From: Candidatus Poribacteria bacterium
GTDB taxonomy: Bacteria; Poribacteria; WGA-4E; WGA-3G
Reading direction: 5' to 3'
Assembly: GCA_007571305.1 (NCBI GenBank)
Contig: RKRR01000119.1
Location: forward strand, 21,954-85,953
DNA: 64,000 bases
Shown here: positions 1 through 8,925 of the stretch, piece after piece
How the letters are laid out: every line of letters begins with the position of its first letter
Numbering within the stretch: the stretch's first letter is position 1
Translations under genes and position numbers: made by a program
Notes under the pieces: generated by a model
Told to the model about the DNA's origin: nothing
Databases searched by the model: none
The model's input: only the letters and a program-made list of their open reading frames with translations

Positions 1-24
1 ATCACTTACCTTTGCTTGAGCATA

Positions 25-846
25 CTAACTTGCATATACTCTAATCACTGTACCTAAATGGAACCGAACTAAGGCAGCAGTCGCGACCTGACGAAGTGCG
101 AAACTGACCCCAGCTATCGGGCTAACGCGCTTCGGTTTCCCTAACGTGATGTTCTGAAAACCGTGCTTCCGAAGTAAATTTGGTAAGGAACGCGCAGAAA
201 AATAGTAGAGATGATCGCGTGGGTGGACATAGGGCCAATTCGCTTTCTGGACACGACTCTGCAAACTCTCACCGTTCGGGACTTCAATGACAAGGGTCCC
301 TGTCTGAGGCTTCAGAACCCGGCGTAACTCGCTGAGGAGTGGATTTAATTCCGAGATATGCTCCAACACATGGTAGAGTGTAATCGCATCGAAGTGGGCA
401 GATGGAAACTCCGCCTCAAATATGTCTCCGCACTTTACATCTAATTTATACATTTCCTGTGCAAAAGCACTACCACTCTTGGATGGCTCAACGCCGTGTG
501 ATTCCCAATTCTGCTCGCGCGCGAGGCGGAGGAACGTCCCGATACCACATCCGACATCTAAGAGCCGTCCCTTACGTTGATGCTGTTTCTCCAACTCGGT
601 CAAACGTTCCGCCATCTGCAACCACTCCATGTTGTCAGTATGGATACGTTCTACTTTATCCGGCGGATAGTAAGTCTCAACATACTCATCTTCAAGCATC
701 TGACGATTTATCCTCGGATTCACATAGCGCAACTGACATCGCTTACAGACTACCACCGATAAGGCATCCTTACTGAAAAGTTGAGATGTATCATCTCGCT
801 CACAAATTGGGCAGTTGATCCGTTCGAGATTGTCTGTTTTCATCAT
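25..846 (-). CDS. class I SAM-dependent methyltransferase with N-terminal Cys4 zinc ribbon
   Basis: ORF 25..903. It has CPIC...CKRC cysteine pairs, then LLDVGCGIGTF (motif I, GxGxG). Start placed at the internal MM (846), leaving a 25-bp gap to the upstream gene; 903 remains possible. Confidence 0.75.
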   Translation of the reverse strand: MMKTDNLERINCPICERDDTSQLFSKDALSVVVCKRCQLRYVNPRINRQMLEDEYVETYYPPDKVERIHTDNMEWLQMAERLTELEKQHQRKGRLLDVGCGIGTFLRLAREQNWESHGVEPSKSGSAFAQEMYKLDVKCGDIFEAEFPSAHFDAITLYHVLEHISELNPLLSELRRVLKPQTGTLVIEVPNGESLQSRVQKANWPYVHPRDHLYYFSARSLPNLLRKHGFQNITLGKPKRVSPIAGVSFALRQVATAALVRFHLGTVIRVYAS

Positions 847-871
847 TCTATAGGAGGGGTTGTAATCCCCA

Positions 872-1846
872 TTAGAAAAGGGGGACCCCTTGTGCTTCCA
901 CATAAACTGCGTAGAGAGACTGACTACCCATCATAAACAACCTATTTCTTTTCGTACCACCGAAACAGAGGTTTGCACAAATTTCTGGAAGATGAATCTG
1001 CCCGATACGTGTCCCGTCCGGTGCGAAGACATGCACCCCATCGTACCCGTCACCAACCCAGCCTGCACTCGCCCACAAGTTTCCATCGACATCACACCGA
1101 ATACCGTCGGCAATACCGGGAGCCATATCACAGAAAACCTCTTGCTCGCCTAACCTCTCGCCATCTATCACGTCATAGACGAAGAGGTGCCGCGGGGTCC
1201 CCTCTTTATGCGTAACCCCAGTATCCACGAGATAAAGTTTCTTATAATCGGGCGAAAAACAGATGCCATTCGGTTTTTCAAGCTCATCCGTTACAACACT
1301 TGCTTCTCCCGTATCAGGATTCAGGCGATAAACGCAGGTAGGTAATTCAAAGTCGGCTATATGCCCTTCATAGTTGAGCATAATACCGTATCCAGGATCG
1401 GTGAACCAGACATGCCCATCCGGGTGAACAGCGACATCGTTCGGTGCGTTGAGCGGTTTCCCGTTAAAGTTGTCCATCAGCACAGTAATCGTTCCGTCAT
1501 ATTCAGTTCGTGTGACGCGCCGTGCTCCGTGCTCGCAACTGATGAGCCTTCCTTGACGATCGCGGGTGTGTCCGTTGCTATAGTTGGAGGGTTTTCGGTA
1601 GACGTTTACTTCACCGGTGGATTCCTCCCATTTCAGTATCCGATTGTTCGGAATATCGCTCCAGAGCAGATACCCGCCGTCACCAAACCAGACGGGGCCT
1701 TCTGCCCAACGCGATCCTGTCCATAACCGTTCGACAACAGAATTGCCGATCTTATACTTTCCAAAACGAGGGTCTAACACCTCAATTGCAGGGTCTGGAT
1801 AGCGGACAATAGAATCATCCCATTTTCTTTCTGGTGGTGTCTGCAT
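872..1846 (-). CDS. SMP-30/gluconolactonase/LRE family protein
   Basis: ORF 872..1909. Sequence resembles beta-propeller lactonases (EGPVW, WSDIP, PNGI, DG.R.D). Start set at MQTPPERKW (1846), which has GGAGGA 8 nt upstream on the minus strand. Confidence 0.8.
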   Translation of the reverse strand: MQTPPERKWDDSIVRYPDPAIEVLDPRFGKYKIGNSVVERLWTGSRWAEGPVWFGDGGYLLWSDIPNNRILKWEESTGEVNVYRKPSNYSNGHTRDRQGRLISCEHGARRVTRTEYDGTITVLMDNFNGKPLNAPNDVAVHPDGHVWFTDPGYGIMLNYEGHIADFELPTCVYRLNPDTGEASVVTDELEKPNGICFSPDYKKLYLVDTGVTHKEGTPRHLFVYDVIDGERLGEQEVFCDMAPGIADGIRCDVDGNLWASAGWVGDGYDGVHVFAPDGTRIGQIHLPEICANLCFGGTKRNRLFMMGSQSLYAVYVEAQGVPLF

Positions 1847-2116
1847 GCAATTTTCCTCCAAGTTGGGTTGCAAATGGTAGAATGTTTCGGTCAGGTAATA
1901 GTATATCACAAATCCGGGTTTTACGCAAAAACTGGGAGCCTCGTATTAGGGTATTTATGGTAACTTGTAAAAACAAATAGACACTCCCCCTTCCAGTAGG
2001 CGAGGTTAGGAAACCTCGCCAGTGAACAGTGTTCAGTTAATTCTAAAATCCACTATAAATGCCTAAATTTTTGATAAGGTATTGTTTTTTTCATAAGTCA
2101 ATGATAGAATATAAAT

Positions 2117-4780
2117 ATGCAACATCTCTTTGAAAAACTACGCGAAGACACCCAAAACTGGCGCGACGAAGGGTACTCTTCCCCAGATTATCCACTCATC
2201 GGAGAAATACTACGCTACCAATTTGAAGGTGAAACAGATAATCGTGTCCATCTTAAATACCTCCGCGAACCGCAATTCCAATCGCTGGAGCTCTATTGGT
2301 ACCTGAGATTAGTACTAAAAACTCCACATATTGCTGAACTTTACAGACACTACTACGATACCGGCGATATACGCGATTTTTGCGAAGCATTCGGGATCCC
2401 GATTTCCGCTAACGAACTGATATTGATTAGGGATGTTGACACGATTATTGACTTGGTAAAAAACAACCCCGAATTCGTCAAACAGAAGCAAATTGATCCG
2501 GTTCACGAGGCTGTGACGCTTCCGTATCCGAGTTACATCTTCGCGCTTGCGATGGGCACCGGTAAGACGGTTCTTATTGGCACTATTATCGCAACCGAAT
2601 TCGCGATGGCACTTCGTTATCCCGAAGGCGAGTTTATGAAAAATGCCCTCGTCTTTGCCCCCGGCACAACCATTATTGAGAGTCTACGTGAAATCAGCGA
2701 TATTCCCTTCGATCATATCCTACCGTCCAGTCTACACAGCGATTTTCTTGCCAACCTCAAAATCACCTATGCACAGCCCGGGGCAAAAGAAATTCAAGTC
2801 CAAACCGGCAGTACTTACAACGTCATTGTCGCAAACACCGAAAAAATCGCGCTGCGGGCGAACGTAAAAAAACGGAGCAATCAGACAGAAATTGCGTTTG
2901 AGGAAAAGAAGGAACAAGCAGAATTAGTGGCAAACCTCCGCCTTCAAAAAATAACAAGTCTACCTAATTTAGGGATATTTTCAGATGAAGCACACCATAC
3001 TTACGGAAACAAAATAGACGCGGAACTTAAGCGGGTACGTGAAACGGTTAATTACATAGACGGGAAAACTAAACTCGTCGCTGTGATTAATACCACTGGC
3101 ACACCTTACGCCAAGCGGCAGATGCTCAGAGAGGTCGTTGCATGGTATAGTCTCGGTGAAGGAATCAGGGACAACATCCTTAAAAGTCTTCACAACGGCA
3201 TTGTTCAGTACCCTATCGGAACTATTCCTGACCAAGACGTGATCCGTAACGTTATCAGCGACTTTTTTGATAGCTATCGTGATGTATCATTACCCGATGG
3301 TGCGAAAGCGAAAATCGCCTTTTACTTCAGAACGCAAGAGCACTTAAACGCCTCCCTTGCGCACATTCAAAACGCGCTCACAGAAATCGGAGAAAGTACC
3401 ACACAAATACTTGTCAATACCCAAAAATCAAGTCCGCAGGAAATTAATGAGTTCAACCGACTCAACAATCCTGACAGCCAGAAACGTATCATTCTCCTTA
3501 TCGGCAAAGGGACAGAGGGGTGGAATTGTCCCAGTCTATTCGCTTGCGCACTTATCAAGGAACAAACGGCCAGTAGTAACTTCATCTTGCAAGCCTCAAC
3601 GCGATGCCTCCGCCAAGTGAAAGGTAATACACAGACAGCAAAAATCTTTTTGGATACCAAAAACAGTGCGATTTTAGACAAAGAATTGCAGGCGAACTTT
3701 GGAACGACACTCGGCGAGCTCCGCACGCAAGACGTGGAAACGGAAGAGGTCGCGCTCCGCATTCGTAAAACCGATTTGCCGAAATTACAAATCATGCAAT
3801 TGGTGCGCCGCGTTGTTCCGCTGGAAAATACGCCTAAAGCGATTCAGTTGCATAAGCCAGCAGACGTTGAGAAGACTCCGCCTGCTTTTCGCAGCATTCT
3901 GACTCCCGATTTCACACAGCGAACTACTTCGCCGCTAACAGCGTTGGGCGCACAAGATGAGGTGGAAATTGCTAATCAGACAACAGATTGCTACACACTG
4001 ACAAGACGACTTGCAACAAACTATCATCTTTCTGTTATAGAGACCCTCAAAAACCTCAAAAACCTCTATCCAGAGGGACAGGTCCCTTATGAACACTTCG
4101 ATGCGCTATGTAGACAGGTGGAAGACCAGCAGCAAAATTACGAAGTGATTGAGGAACAAATTGCAGAGCATCTCGCGCTTATCCGTATCCACGATGACGA
4201 CGGCAACCTACTTTTTGAAAAAGATGATACCGACGGTTCCTATGTTCACAAGGTGCGTCTGCGTAAGCGTAAGGCTGACCTCCTCCTCAGTGAAGACGAC
4301 TTAGATGACAACCACGATGTGAGTTTTCATTATATGCCCTACGACTTCGATAGTGCCCCCGAACAGCACTTCTTTAAAACGATTTTAGCAACCTTGAACC
4401 AATCCGTTGCAGATGTTGAAGTATTTCTGTTTACCGGTAGTTTGGCAAATACCAAGAAAACCGATTTTCATTTTGAATACAAAGGCACTGATAACAATTA
4501 TCATCGCTATTTTCCTGATTTCGTTATCGTCAGGAACACAGGGGAGTTCTACATCGTTGAGATTAAGTCTGAAAGTGAACGCGGCGACCCTACTGTCGTT
4601 GCAAAAAAGAAAGCAGTGAAACGTCTGGCAAGATTGCAACCCGATGCTCACTTTGAATATAAAGTCATTTATACAAGGGATGCCTCTCTCCAAGAGAATT
4701 TAGACGAAATGCAAACTATCCACGAATGGATTAATAGGAACGAAACCATGCAGAACGATGGCGAAAATAATTTAGCGTGA
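2117..4780 (+). CDS. res: Type III restriction enzyme Res subunit (SF2 helicase plus C-terminal PD-(D/E)xK nuclease)
   Basis: Walker A is ALAMGTGKT and the DEAH box is FSDEAHH. TTGTPY, GTEGWNCPSLF and QASTRCLRQV match Res motifs III, V and VI. C-terminal FPDFVIV...YIVEIKSE is a PD..ExK nuclease motif. Confidence 0.85.
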   Translation: MQHLFEKLREDTQNWRDEGYSSPDYPLIGEILRYQFEGETDNRVHLKYLREPQFQSLELYWYLRLVLKTPHIAELYRHYYDTGDIRDFCEAFGIPISANELILIRDVDTIIDLVKNNPEFVKQKQIDPVHEAVTLPYPSYIFALAMGTGKTVLIGTIIATEFAMALRYPEGEFMKNALVFAPGTTIIESLREISDIPFDHILPSSLHSDFLANLKITYAQPGAKEIQVQTGSTYNVIVANTEKIALRANVKKRSNQTEIAFEEKKEQAELVANLRLQKITSLPNLGIFSDEAHHTYGNKIDAELKRVRETVNYIDGKTKLVAVINTTGTPYAKRQMLREVVAWYSLGEGIRDNILKSLHNGIVQYPIGTIPDQDVIRNVISDFFDSYRDVSLPDGAKAKIAFYFRTQEHLNASLAHIQNALTEIGESTTQILVNTQKSSPQEINEFNRLNNPDSQKRIILLIGKGTEGWNCPSLFACALIKEQTASSNFILQASTRCLRQVKGNTQTAKIFLDTKNSAILDKELQANFGTTLGELRTQDVETEEVALRIRKTDLPKLQIMQLVRRVVPLENTPKAIQLHKPADVEKTPPAFRSILTPDFTQRTTSPLTALGAQDEVEIANQTTDCYTLTRRLATNYHLSVIETLKNLKNLYPEGQVPYEHFDALCRQVEDQQQNYEVIEEQIAEHLALIRIHDDDGNLLFEKDDTDGSYVHKVRLRKRKADLLLSEDDLDDNHDVSFHYMPYDFDSAPEQHFFKTILATLNQSVADVEVFLFTGSLANTKKTDFHFEYKGTDNNYHRYFPDFVIVRNTGEFYIVEIKSESERGDPTVVAKKKAVKRLARLQPDAHFEYKVIYTRDASLQENLDEMQTIHEWINRNETMQNDGENNLA

Positions 4781-4869
4781 GTTTGGTATAAGTGGTAGTT
4801 CTCATACTGTTTGGATGAAAAAGAAAAGGTTGAAAACTTGCTAAAAATGCCTTACACTTAATCAGACTT

Positions 4870-4885
4870 GCAATCAGATGATTGC
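4870..4885. promoter_or_regulatory. candidate operator palindrome upstream of the toxin-antitoxin pair
   Basis: gcaatcaGAtgattgc has 7-bp perfect inverted arms about 50 bp upstream of the antitoxin ATG. AATCAGA occurs twice, at 4860 and 4872. Confidence 0.3.
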
Positions 4886-4936
4886 ACTGTACCACAGCAT
4901 TGGCATCACTAACCACTTTTTGTATGGAGGCCCTCA

Positions 4937-5155
4937 ATGACAAAGCGACTTGAACTAGCTTTTACAGAAGCATCAAAGCTCTCACCGAAGGAACAAGATG
5001 CCCTGGCAGATTGGTTACTTGCTGAACTTCACTCTGAGAGAAAATGGGATAGATTATTCGCAGATTCTCAAGAGTTATTATCTAAACTGGCTTCTGAAGC
5101 ACTCGCAGAATATCATAGTAGTCAAACACAGGAATTCGATCCAGACCAACTATGA
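4937..5155 (+). CDS. type II antitoxin (small acidic addiction-module component)
   Basis: 72 aa, with GGAGG 8 nt upstream. Its stop overlaps the toxin start (ATGA). Helical acidic sequence (LSPKEQDALADWLLAEL) is typical of antitoxins paired with RelE/ParE toxins. Confidence 0.65.
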   Translation: MTKRLELAFTEASKLSPKEQDALADWLLAELHSERKWDRLFADSQELLSKLASEALAEYHSSQTQEFDPDQL

Positions 5156-5421
5156 ATTCAAAAACGACAAAACGCTTCCGTCAGATGCTGGCGAAATTAC
5201 CAGGTAACATCCGACAACAAACTAAAGGGGCCTACAGACTATTCACGGAAAACCCACACCATCCAAGCCTGCAATTCAAGAAAATACACAACACTGAGGC
5301 AATTTACTCCGTTCGTATCAACATCAACTATCGAGCGGTTGGTGTTGTCAGGAACGGAGTAATCGTTTGGTTCTGGATCGGTCCACATACAGAATATGAG
5401 AAGTTGCTTGATCAACTTTGA
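5152..5421 (+). CDS. RelE/ParE-family type II toxin
   Basis: 89 aa. The pattern F...L..LP......A...L..NP.HPSL.FKKI...IYSVRIN.NYRAVG.....VIVWFWIGPH.EY matches the RelE/ParE superfamily. It overlaps the antitoxin by 4 bp. Confidence 0.75.
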   Translation: MNSKTTKRFRQMLAKLPGNIRQQTKGAYRLFTENPHHPSLQFKKIHNTEAIYSVRININYRAVGVVRNGVIVWFWIGPHTEYEKLLDQL

Positions 5422-5821
5422 GATTTAGGACTTATGAAATAATTGGGCTTGTGGGATAATATTGTATTATGGCAACTGAAAGAATAATCACAATGAATAC
5501 AGACATTGGACTTCAGCAATGCACAATCCCTTTTAAAGATTATCTTTTTAAATATCTGAGGGTGGTTCATAAATGATTTATTGATGCAAATACAATTCCT
5601 TCCTTTTCCAAATATCCTACTGCGGAGAAAATACAAAAAACAATGGAACTTTTAATCCGGAGACTGAAACACACGGAAGATGCTCCAAAACCCAAAAAAG
5701 CATCTATTCGATGCTATACATCTTGGGATAGTTTTGTGCAACAAAAATGTCTAAACTTAAGATACTTGGCCGAACAGGAAAAAAAATGGCACTCCAACCT
5801 ACAACATAGGAAGAACACACA

Positions 5822-7498
5822 ATGAAAATCAAGCCAGTTAAAGGCAGACCGATGCTGCACTGGGTTGGCAAACGCCCAATTGACATAATAAGCAATTATC
5901 CTGCCCAATTGGTGGATACATATAACGTTGAAAACCCAGAGAAAGAACCGACCTATGACAAATTTAAAGACGGTCCTAATCTCCTTTTTCACGGTGATAA
6001 CAAGGAGATTCTTTCCACGCTGCTGGTGCAAGGTTTTCGTGGCAAAATAGACCTCATCTACATTGATCCGCCTTTTGACAGCGGTGCAGATTATGTACGG
6101 AAGGTAGCACTACGCGGTGAACAGAATAACTTGGAGGCTGAAGGACATTCTGTTATTGAACAGACACAATACACAGACATTTGGGCAAACGATAACTACC
6201 TCCAATTCATGTATGCACGACTCATTTTGATGTACGAATTGCTATCAGATAAAGGTTCAATTTACCTACATTGCAACCATGAGAAGAGTCACTATTTGAA
6301 AGTCCTCATGGATGAGGTATTTGAAAAAGACTTATTTCAAAATGAAATTATTTGGTACTACAAAAACGCCTCTCGTGGAAAAAAGCGATTAGCTCATGCA
6401 CATGAGACTATTTTCTGGTACACCAAATCGCCGGACAAATATATTTTTAACCGAGATGAAATTCTGGTTCCTTTCGAAAGTAGAATGACGGAGTGGCGAT
6501 ACAATAAAGGAGGACAAGCAGGAAACGATATGCCTAAAGGTAAAACCCCTGACGACGTTATTATTCTCCCTTCTCTTAACACCATGGATGGGGAACGTTC
6601 TGACTTTCCTACCCAAAAACCTGAAACTCTGGTAGAACGCATCATCAAAGCCTCAAGCAACGAAGATTCCATTATCCTCGATTACTTTGCAGGAAGTGGT
6701 ACCACTGCCGCCGTTGCTGAAAAACTCGGCAGGCGTTGGATTGCTGCAGATATCAACAAAGGTGCAATCCAAACAACAATAAAAAGACTTCAAAAACTAC
6801 CTGACATGCAGCACGGTATTGCCCACTATCGTGTTAATAACTACGATGCCAGTACACATTTAGAACGAAGAGATATTGTGATAAAGAAATATGGCGTGCA
6901 AACGGAGAGACAAGAGGCGTTCTTTGATGGTACGCTGGATGGCACACTCGTCAAAATTATTGACTTGACGAAACCGCTCGCCCCGTTAGATATTCAAGTG
7001 ATTAAAGACGAACTTGAGAATCGTCCAGAAGAGTCACGCAACATCACGGTATTTTGTTACGGTATCAATAGAAGCATTCAAGCAGAACTCAAGGCGGAAA
7101 ACAGACGGCGCGCAGTCAACAAAATCTTTGTGCGTGACATCGGGAGCGAAGGCATCACGACTTTTGAACCTGCAGCAGCGGATGTTAATTTCGAGAGAAA
7201 AGGAAATAGTGTCAAAATTACCATCGCAGATTATATAAGTCCAACTATCTTAGCACGGATGGATATTGACCGCACAATTTTCGACGAGCAAATCGCCGAC
7301 TTCCGTTCACAGATTGATTGCGTCCTGATTGATACCGACTATACAGGTGAACATTTCAAAATAGTTGAGAGCGACGTACCGAAGAAAAAGGAAGATTTTG
7401 TTGACGGGGAATACATGGTATCGTTACCACGTCCAGATGCCCGCGTCGCCATAAAAATCATCGACATGCTTGGTGAGGAAACTGTTGTTACGGGATGA
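5822..7498 (+). CDS. mod: Type III-like DNA methyltransferase Mod (beta-class N6A/N4C)
   Basis: N-terminal LHWVGK. Motif IV is DLIYIDPPFDSGADY, followed by FPTQKPETLVERII and motif I, ILDYFAGSGTTAAVAEKLGRRWIAADI. About 230 aa follow motif I. Confidence 0.88.
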   Translation: MKIKPVKGRPMLHWVGKRPIDIISNYPAQLVDTYNVENPEKEPTYDKFKDGPNLLFHGDNKEILSTLLVQGFRGKIDLIYIDPPFDSGADYVRKVALRGEQNNLEAEGHSVIEQTQYTDIWANDNYLQFMYARLILMYELLSDKGSIYLHCNHEKSHYLKVLMDEVFEKDLFQNEIIWYYKNASRGKKRLAHAHETIFWYTKSPDKYIFNRDEILVPFESRMTEWRYNKGGQAGNDMPKGKTPDDVIILPSLNTMDGERSDFPTQKPETLVERIIKASSNEDSIILDYFAGSGTTAAVAEKLGRRWIAADINKGAIQTTIKRLQKLPDMQHGIAHYRVNNYDASTHLERRDIVIKKYGVQTERQEAFFDGTLDGTLVKIIDLTKPLAPLDIQVIKDELENRPEESRNITVFCYGINRSIQAELKAENRRRAVNKIFVRDIGSEGITTFEPAAADVNFERKGNSVKITIADYISPTILARMDIDRTIFDEQIADFRSQIDCVLIDTDYTGEHFKIVESDVPKKKEDFVDGEYMVSLPRPDARVAIKIIDMLGEETVVTG

Positions 7499-7608
7499 TG
7501 CTAAATTTGTCCTGCTAAATCAGGTTATAGGGTAGCCTTCCCGTATCTGTCCGTTTTACTAGACAATTCAATACCGACTGAGTGCAAAATAGTCGAAAGG
7601 ATTTAAAA

Positions 7609-8742
7609 ATGTCTGACGAAATGAAACCGGATCTGCCGGCAACTACCGAAGATGAAACTAATTCTACACTTGGCGTTGTCACTGATCTTATATTGGATTC
7701 AACTATTCCCGTTTCAATCAGGCGCAACATGTTTAAAGTTGCTGATCGACTATGCTCCGCTTTAATTAAAGTACCTGTTGAAGCTCTTGAGCGGAGAACC
7801 GCCGAAAAACGGGCAGAATCAGAAGCACGAATTAAAATTGGACAAGAGGTTACTGACCAAATTATCCAACAAATAAAGGTCGATCCGGAATTCCCACAGA
7901 GAGCAGGAACCTCATTTGCCAAAAAAATACTGCGGGAACAGTTCAATTGTGAAAAAATCCTGTCTATTGCTGCAAACCAACTTAAGAAAGTGAAATACAA
8001 TAGTTCGACAGATCAAAACATTGAGAGTGAAGTAGAAAAGTTGATTGACGACGATTGGTTTAACGCTTTTGAGAAAGAGGCAAATCAAAAAAGTGACAAA
8101 GACATGCAGCATCGTTTCGGTCGCGTCTTAGCTGGTGAGGTTGCAAACCCCGGGTCGTATTCAATAAGGGCTGTGAAAACCTTAGGGGAGCTAGACCTAA
8201 AGGCTGCTCGTTTGTTCGAAACATTATGTTCCTTATGTATAGTTTTAGGAGATCCAATGCAAGGACAAGTTATTGATGCCAGAGTTTCTTCTCTAGGCGG
8301 AGACGCGAATGCAAATACCCTGCGAGGATATGGCTTGGCTTTTTGTGATCTTAATATATTAAACGAGTATGGGCTCATTACCTCGGAATACCACTCCTCA
8401 CATGGATACTATGAAGTTGTACAAAATGAGAATACCCAACGTTGTTTTCCATTCTGGTATCAAGGAAATTATTGGGGTTTATGTCCTTTACCAGGGTGGA
8501 GAAAAGAAGATCGGTTTAATCTTAGATTGTCGGGAGTTGCTCTTTCTCAGGTTAGCCGCGAACTATTACGCGTAGTTGATCTGGATCCAGCGGATGAGCC
8601 CCTGAAGACCGCGAGGCAGGAATATACTACAGATCTAAAAAAATACTTTGAAGATCAGAGATTAAGAATGGCTGAAGCCCAACTCAAACTGGAATACTTT
8701 GATGGTCATCCAATTCCCTCCGCCCATTATTATGTCCGGTAA
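7609..8742 (+). CDS. hypothetical protein, DUF2806-like
   Basis: ORF 7582..8742 starts on GTG; an ATG at 7609 is preceded by AAAGGA. The DDDWFNAFEKEA..KSDKDMQHRFGRVLAGEVANPGSYSIRAVKTLGELDLKAARLFE block resembles my recollection of the DUF2806 signature. Family call made from memory only. Confidence 0.5.
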   Translation: MSDEMKPDLPATTEDETNSTLGVVTDLILDSTIPVSIRRNMFKVADRLCSALIKVPVEALERRTAEKRAESEARIKIGQEVTDQIIQQIKVDPEFPQRAGTSFAKKILREQFNCEKILSIAANQLKKVKYNSSTDQNIESEVEKLIDDDWFNAFEKEANQKSDKDMQHRFGRVLAGEVANPGSYSIRAVKTLGELDLKAARLFETLCSLCIVLGDPMQGQVIDARVSSLGGDANANTLRGYGLAFCDLNILNEYGLITSEYHSSHGYYEVVQNENTQRCFPFWYQGNYWGLCPLPGWRKEDRFNLRLSGVALSQVSRELLRVVDLDPADEPLKTARQEYTTDLKKYFEDQRLRMAEAQLKLEYFDGHPIPSAHYYVR

Positions 8743-8925
8743 TGTTGAATGATGTAATGGTCAATCGTAGGATTGTCTTTTGTAAAGTTTGCGATGTAAT
8801 ACCATTCCTATATGGATAGTTTTCATAACAGGTATTCTTCAGAAATTCCCTGATAAGAGGGATTTAGGTGGTTTCTGACAGGGATAGCACCTTATTGGGA
8901 AAGTATATTTCGCGAATGAATATAG

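Noticed and set aside
5643-5825. 60-codon ORF whose stop overlaps the mod start (ATGA); considered as a possible controller (C) protein
   Set aside because: It has no Shine-Dalgarno sequence, no helix-turn-helix pattern, and lies in an AT-rich spacer where random ORFs are expected. I cannot support it from sequence alone.
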